A stretch of 64,000 nucleotides of DNA from a virus. Its lineage: Duplodnaviria; Caudoviricetes. The position numbers were made by a program, and so were the translations under genes. The stretch lies in IMG/VR virus record IMGVR_UViG_3300014205_006854, positions 7,269 to 71,268 of that record; one strand, 5' to 3'. Position 1 is the first letter of the stretch; the number at the start of each line of letters is the position of its first letter. The notes beneath the pieces were generated by a model that did no database searches, had not been told where the DNA came from, and was given only the letters and a program-made list of their open reading frames with translations. This document shows, in pieces, positions 59,134 through 64,000 of the stretch.

Positions 59134-60603
59134 TCAATTTTGAATTTTAAATTTTTGTAAAATATTTTCTGCTGCTTCTAATTCTGTTAATTTTTTGCCC
59201 TGTTCAGCATATTCATCAGCTAACTCTAATAAATATTTTCCAACTTGACCTACAAGTGGTCCAGGTTTAGCATTCAACGTATCCATAATCTGCTGACCAC
59301 TTAATATCGGTTTCTTATTTACTTGAATAGGAGACTCCTTTATTCTTTTTATTTCTTCCCTCAACTCAGGAATAACATTTTCTATAGGATAACTTCCTAA
59401 AGAATCTGCCTCTGCTAAATCTAATAATGAATCAGTTAATTCATCTCCCATATCTCTAATTAATTTTCTAATTGCTTTAGATGATGCATTTTCTAAATGG
59501 TGTGGCCTCATATGTTCTTTAACAAGTTTTACAACTTTATCAATAGTTTTTTTATCAAATTTCAATCTGTATAAAATTGCTTCTGCCATTTCAGCACCAA
59601 TATCTTCATGTCCTAAAAATTGAATTTTATCACCAACAAATTTTTGAACAGAAGGTTTTCCAACATCATGTAACAATGCAGCCAACTGTCCTTCTATGGT
59701 TTTCGGTGCATTTTTCAAAACTAATAATGTATGTCTAAAAACATCTCCTTCTGAATGATGTTCAGGACTTTGTTTCACACCTTGCAATGCTTCAATTTCT
59801 GGTAAAACAAATTTCAATAATCCTGTTATTTTCATGAATTTAACAGCTTTATATAATTTACCAATATTCATCAACTTTTCTAATTCACCCATAATACGTT
59901 CAGAAGACACAATTTGAATTCTTTCAGCATTTCTTCTAACTGTTTTCAAAACAGATAATGGTACTTGCCAATCATACTTAGCTTGAAAACGACAAAGTCT
60001 AAGCATTCTTAATGGATCATTAGAAAATATTTTATCCAATGAAACATTTGGATGACCTCTCAAAATCCCTTTTTTAATATCATCTTTACTTGTTCCAGTC
60101 ATATCAACAATTTCACCATTTGTCAAATCCTTCAATAACATATTTACTGTAAAGTCACGTCTTTCATTGTCATCTTGTAAACTACCTTGTTCTGTTATTC
60201 TTTGTCTTGATGTTTCATCTGGAAATGATTCTTTCATTGTATCAGCAAATTCTATAATAGCACCTTTTGTTTTATATTCTTCATTTTTATATTCTATGTT
60301 TTCTTTAAATGTAATTTGCCATATAGGATAACCAGCACCTAATTGTCTTGGCATAGATATTAAATCATTATTATCAAATACATTATAAATATATTTAGTT
60401 AACTTTTCTGCACCATTTTGCATCTCTACAACAATATCTAAATCTTTAGCCTCAAGTCCCATATATTCATCTCTAACGTACCCACCAACTGCGTAAGCTT
60501 TATTAGCAAATTCAGTTCCTTTTAAAAGTTGTTTAAGTAATCTTTCAACTTCTTTTTCTGCTAATGTTGCAATAATATTTATCGCTAATTTATCAATATT
60601 CAT
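59134..60603 (-). CDS. cca: Class II CCA-adding tRNA nucleotidyltransferase with HD domain
   Basis: AVGGYVRD...DLDI, RRDFTVN, DPLRMLR..RF; HD domain H..EGDVFRHT...LLHDVGKP...GHE. Confidence 0.92.
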   Translation of the reverse strand: MNIDKLAINIIATLAEKEVERLLKQLLKGTEFANKAYAVGGYVRDEYMGLEAKDLDIVVEMQNGAEKLTKYIYNVFDNNDLISMPRQLGAGYPIWQITFKENIEYKNEEYKTKGAIIEFADTMKESFPDETSRQRITEQGSLQDDNERRDFTVNMLLKDLTNGEIVDMTGTSKDDIKKGILRGHPNVSLDKIFSNDPLRMLRLCRFQAKYDWQVPLSVLKTVRRNAERIQIVSSERIMGELEKLMNIGKLYKAVKFMKITGLLKFVLPEIEALQGVKQSPEHHSEGDVFRHTLLVLKNAPKTIEGQLAALLHDVGKPSVQKFVGDKIQFLGHEDIGAEMAEAILYRLKFDKKTIDKVVKLVKEHMRPHHLENASSKAIRKLIRDMGDELTDSLLDLAEADSLGSYPIENVIPELREEIKRIKESPIQVNKKPILSGQQIMDTLNAKPGPLVGQVGKYLLELADEYAEQGKKLTELEAAENILQKFKIQN

Positions 60604-60604
60604 T

Positions 60605-61036
60605 TTAATATACCCTATGATAGCTTGGTCTATTTTTTCGTCTTTCTAAATTAAACTTATTTTTTCTTCTATATACTTTATGTTTAACTCTATTCTTAAA
60701 TCTATTTTTTAAATAATATCTATGTGATTTTAATCTATCTGGACCATGTTTTTTATGTTCACGTTTAACACGCATCGTATATGCTGTTTTTACTATATCA
60801 TTTACTAAAAATTCATCAGTAGGATTAACATAAGACAAATCTTCATCTACAGTATATAATTCATTACTATCTTCAAATGGCTCAACAACATATCCAAATT
60901 GTGAATCGTCAATTTCATGAACATCTTTCACAATACCATAATTACCTTTTAATCCAGTCACTATTGTTTCATTATCATCCAACCAATCTTCATTTTCTAT
61001 TCTAACTAAATCACCAACATACAAATCATTTTTCAT
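60605..61036 (-). CDS. Bipartite protein: acidic SH3/KOW-like N-terminus, very basic C-terminus
   Basis: VGDLVRI...GIVKDV; the tail after KTAY is strongly Lys/Arg-rich. Confidence 0.7.
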   Translation of the reverse strand: MKNDLYVGDLVRIENEDWLDDNETIVTGLKGNYGIVKDVHEIDDSQFGYVVEPFEDSNELYTVDEDLSYVNPTDEFLVNDIVKTAYTMRVKREHKKHGPDRLKSHRYYLKNRFKNRVKHKVYRRKNKFNLERRKNRPSYHRVY

Positions 61037-61764
61037 AATGGATTTCCTTGATTCGTAGGTTTTTGTTCTCTATAATATTGTCCACGATATCTATCAATTG
61101 GTTGATCAACTGTTTTATATCTGTGAGTATTATCTCTTTTAGGTGAATTACTATACTCTTCACTATTTTTATTATCTCTTTTATGTCTAACATCTTGCAA
61201 AATGCCATATGATTTAGAACTAGGATGTTCAGTATCAGGTAATACTAAATCATTATACTGTAATAAAGCTTCGTCATTAATCCAATCTCTATCTGGTGAC
61301 ATAATTTCTAATTGTTTTAAACCTTTAGATTTATTCCAGTTTTGAATTCCTTCTGGCATACCTCGTTGTGCAATTTTTATTTTACTAAAAGCTGATAAAA
61401 CTTCTTCAAAAATAAAATTTGCATATAATTCTTTAACTTCATCTTTAATCTTAAACCAGTTTATATCAGCAAAAATGTTTCTATCATCTATACATAAATC
61501 AAAAAATATTTTTCTGGATGTAATAAAATCAGTTGATGTTGCATTCTCATTTATTTTATGAAATTTTATTTTATTATTATTTAAAAAATCTATCACAGGT
61601 TTTAATTCATTTCTAACAGTCCAAATTATTATATAACAACCCATATCATAAAAACTATTAATTACTTCATTAGCATTAGCAATCATATTACCAATTGCTA
61701 GTGGATCTTCTAATTTTTCTGCTATAGTTCCATCGAAATCTATTGCTATAATATACTGTCTCAT
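61033..61764 (-). CDS. HAD-superfamily phosphatase with C-terminal extension
   Basis: IAIDFDGT (motif I), IIWT (II), RK (III), IDD (IV). Confidence 0.85.
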   Translation of the reverse strand: MRQYIIAIDFDGTIAEKLEDPLAIGNMIANANEVINSFYDMGCYIIIWTVRNELKPVIDFLNNNKIKFHKINENATSTDFITSRKIFFDLCIDDRNIFADINWFKIKDEVKELYANFIFEEVLSAFSKIKIAQRGMPEGIQNWNKSKGLKQLEIMSPDRDWINDEALLQYNDLVLPDTEHPSSKSYGILQDVRHKRDNKNSEEYSNSPKRDNTHRYKTVDQPIDRYRGQYYREQKPTNQGNPL

Positions 61765-61765
61765 T

Positions 61766-61942
61766 TTACCACCATTTCTTCAATTCAACTTTCAATTTAT
61801 CTTTTTGTTGTTTCATTTCATTAGAAACAAAACCTTCACAACATGCACAATTAACTAAATCACTTTCTGTCACATTATCATATTTACATAATTGATTAAT
61901 ACACTTCGACCATTTTTCTTGATATACTAATACTAAATTCAT
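61766..61942 (-). CDS. Small 58-aa Cys-containing protein (MNLVLVYQEKW...), not in the ORF track
   Basis: Starts immediately after the endonuclease stop and fills the gap exactly; CxxxxC and CACC. Confidence 0.6.
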   Translation of the reverse strand: MNLVLVYQEKWSKCINQLCKYDNVTESDLVNCACCEGFVSNEMKQQKDKLKVELKKWW

Positions 61943-63013
61943 TTATTTTAAAAAATTCAGTTGATCGTCTAATTGATTAAAGCACTCTTGTCTATTTTCA
62001 TGCAAATGTACCACTGGTTTAACAATTTGATATTTCAATCCTAATTTTTTATATGTTTCTAATTTATTACCCCATTGATATTCTTCAGTTCTTTCAAGAC
62101 CATCAACTTCTAAATATAGATCATTAACTAAAAAATCTGCATGATATAAAGTTTTCCCGATTCTTGGATGTGGAATATGTTTTATTTTATTTTCTATTAA
62201 CCATTCATCAACATCTCTTTCATGTAAAGAATCCCATCTATGCCCATCTGATGCTATACCATAATATCCAAAATGTTTTTTCTTTCCAAAATTTGGCCTA
62301 TCACTTTTTATTTTGGAACATTCATTACATATAAGCTTATTTTTATTAGATTGATATAATTTGTTGCATTTAATACATTCTTTATAAATTTTGTCACCAA
62401 TAATTGTTTGTTTCATTTTAATGTTTTCTTTTTTGCATTTTTCACATTTAACAAATGTCATAAATTTATTATTAACTTCTACTATATTTTTGCAATATAC
62501 ACATTTTCTTATATATTTTTTTAATATTGGTTGTGTTAAATTATTTTCTTTACATTTGTTGCATCTATACGTTGCAGGTGTATGTACATTTTTAACTTCT
62601 TCTTTATTGTTGCAAACATAACATGTTCTAAAATATTTTTTATTTTCTATTAAATTTCTTTTAATTAGTTCTTTTTCTTTTCTGCAATTTTCACAATATA
62701 CAACTGTTGCTCTAGCTTTTTTAACTATAAAAGTATTATTACAAAATTGATTAATACATTTTCTTACAACATTTATTTTTCTTTGTGATAATCTTATTTT
62801 TTCAATATTTTCTTTTCTACATTGTTTGCAAATATGCACAGTTCTACCAATTTCTAAATCACGCTTCTTAAAAGTTTTGCATTGTTTGCAATATCTAAAA
62901 GTATTTCTAAAAATTTTTTCATCAATTTCTTTTTGTTTACATTTTTTACAAATAAAATTTTTATTTGTAAAAAATTTTTGTTTTAATTCTTTTTTACATC
63001 TAAGGCAAATCAT
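61943..63013 (-). CDS. Free-standing putative endonuclease with many CxxC Zn-ribbons and a C-terminal PD-(D/E)XK domain
   Basis: About ten CxxC pairs; SDGH..DSLHERDVD...HADFLV..LYLEVDG. Confidence 0.75.
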   Translation of the reverse strand: MICLRCKKELKQKFFTNKNFICKKCKQKEIDEKIFRNTFRYCKQCKTFKKRDLEIGRTVHICKQCRKENIEKIRLSQRKINVVRKCINQFCNNTFIVKKARATVVYCENCRKEKELIKRNLIENKKYFRTCYVCNNKEEVKNVHTPATYRCNKCKENNLTQPILKKYIRKCVYCKNIVEVNNKFMTFVKCEKCKKENIKMKQTIIGDKIYKECIKCNKLYQSNKNKLICNECSKIKSDRPNFGKKKHFGYYGIASDGHRWDSLHERDVDEWLIENKIKHIPHPRIGKTLYHADFLVNDLYLEVDGLERTEEYQWGNKLETYKKLGLKYQIVKPVVHLHENRQECFNQLDDQLNFLK

Positions 63014-63014
63014 T

Positions 63015-64000
63015 TCAACTTCCGACTCTAATTGTACTTGTACCCATTACCCAACGTTTTATATTAGCACCACCAGTATTATGTACTACTATATTATCAG
63101 CAATATAATTTCTGAATGGTTCTTTCATTTCCATATCATAAGTTTCATCTTCACCAAAATATTCCATTTTTTCAAATTCTTCTAAATATAATTCTAAATT
63201 ATTTTCATCTAATACCCAAATCATTTCACCTTTTACAAGATTTTGTAATTGTACTTCTTCATTTTTATTATTAAAATATATGTGTGTTTTAGTAGATATA
63301 CATTCTTTGCCATTTTTTGTGGTCAATTTATATAATTCTTGAATACCATTAGTCCAAACTTTCACAACTTCATTTTCAATCAATTTATTGTTAAATAAAT
63401 CCATTGAATAACTTTTCTTTATTTGTCTATTAAATGATTCTTTTATAGTAATTAATTCATTTTTTTCTAGATCAAAAACCTTAGCATTTTTGAAAATACA
63501 CCAAGGCCCTAGTGCGGCGCTTCTTGCAAACGTGTATTTACTTTGTGATAGTCCTTTTGTTATATGAATTCTTTTCTTTGCTAATTCAGTTTGTTGATTA
63601 ACTTGATCTTGTAAAGATGAAGCCATACTTTGATATTTATCACTTCGATTTATGTCAAGTGAAATACCATTTAAACTATAGCTGAATTCTTCGTTGACCC
63701 ATAAAATTGCTAAATCCCATAATGCATAAGACATTGCTTGTAATAATAACAATGGTTGCCATACAGCTGGATAATTCATTAAAGAAAAACCAGTATCTGG
63801 AGGAACTAAATTTATATAATTTGCAGCTTGCATTAAATGTGAAAATAATTGAAAATCAGGCCATCTATATCCTCTTGTTTGAGTAAAGCCACCTATTGCT
63901 TGTTCATTACTTGGAGGTGAGAAATGATAATCACGGTCTGGATCTATATCTCTAAGTTTTACTCTTAATTGAGTTATTAAATACATTATTTGAGGAGGAT
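63015..64000 (-). CDS. Putative neck/head-tail adaptor protein containing a mini-intein; 5' end probably outside the window
   Basis: Frame open upstream of 63986 to the edge and no RBS there; EEFSYSLNGISLDINRSDKY segment typical of jumbo-phage connector-like proteins. Confidence 0.55.
   Translation of the reverse strand, partial: PPQIMYLITQLRVKLRDIDPDRDYHFSPPSNEQAIGGFTQTRGYRWPDFQLFSHLMQAANYINLVPPDTGFSLMNYPAVWQPLLLLQAMSYALWDLAILWVNEEFSYSLNGISLDINRSDKYQSMASSLQDQVNQQTELAKKRIHITKGLSQSKYTFARSAALGPWCIFKNAKVFDLEKNELITIKESFNRQIKKSYSMDLFNNKLIENEVVKVWTNGIQELYKLTTKNGKECISTKTHIYFNNKNEEVQLQNLVKGEMIWVLDENNLELYLEEFEKMEYFGEDETYDMEMKEPFRNYIADNIVVHNTGGANIKRWVMGTSTIRVGS
63078..63500 (-). mobile_element. Mini-intein (141 aa, no endonuclease domain)
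   Basis: Begins C (CIFKNAKV), block B TxxH (STKTH), block F YDMEM, ends IVVHN followed by the Thr nucleophile. Confidence 0.93.

Overview
Very AT-rich, gene-dense 64 kb segment of a large (jumbo-type) contractile-tailed phage genome. Essentially all real genes are on the minus strand and many are translationally coupled (ATGA/TAATG overlaps). In transcription order (right to left): a putative neck/head-tail adaptor gene carrying a 141-aa mini-intein; a block of small, possibly virion-packaged or anti-defence genes (HAD phosphatase, CCA-adding/HD enzyme, 2H phosphoesterase, actin-like ATPase) mixed with neck and tail-completion genes; tail fibre, sheath, tube, chaperones, tape measure, tube initiators, baseplate hub and spike; an accessory island (STAS protein, T9SS-CTD secreted protein, an unusual palindromic non-coding region); then spike-tip candidate, giant Ig-repeat proteins, gp25-like and baseplate-J-like wedges and a collagen-like fibre. 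Four free-standing endonuclease genes are present; two are flanked by recoded duplicates of the upstream gene's 3' end. The most striking unexplained element is a ~55-nt intergenic motif in four copies that punctuate the tail operon. On the sense strand it folds, with compensatory base changes, into a hairpin containing a canonical kink-turn whose loop forms a pseudoknot with the 5' end; I cannot match it to a known RNA family. All product calls come from motif recognition by eye, not database searches.
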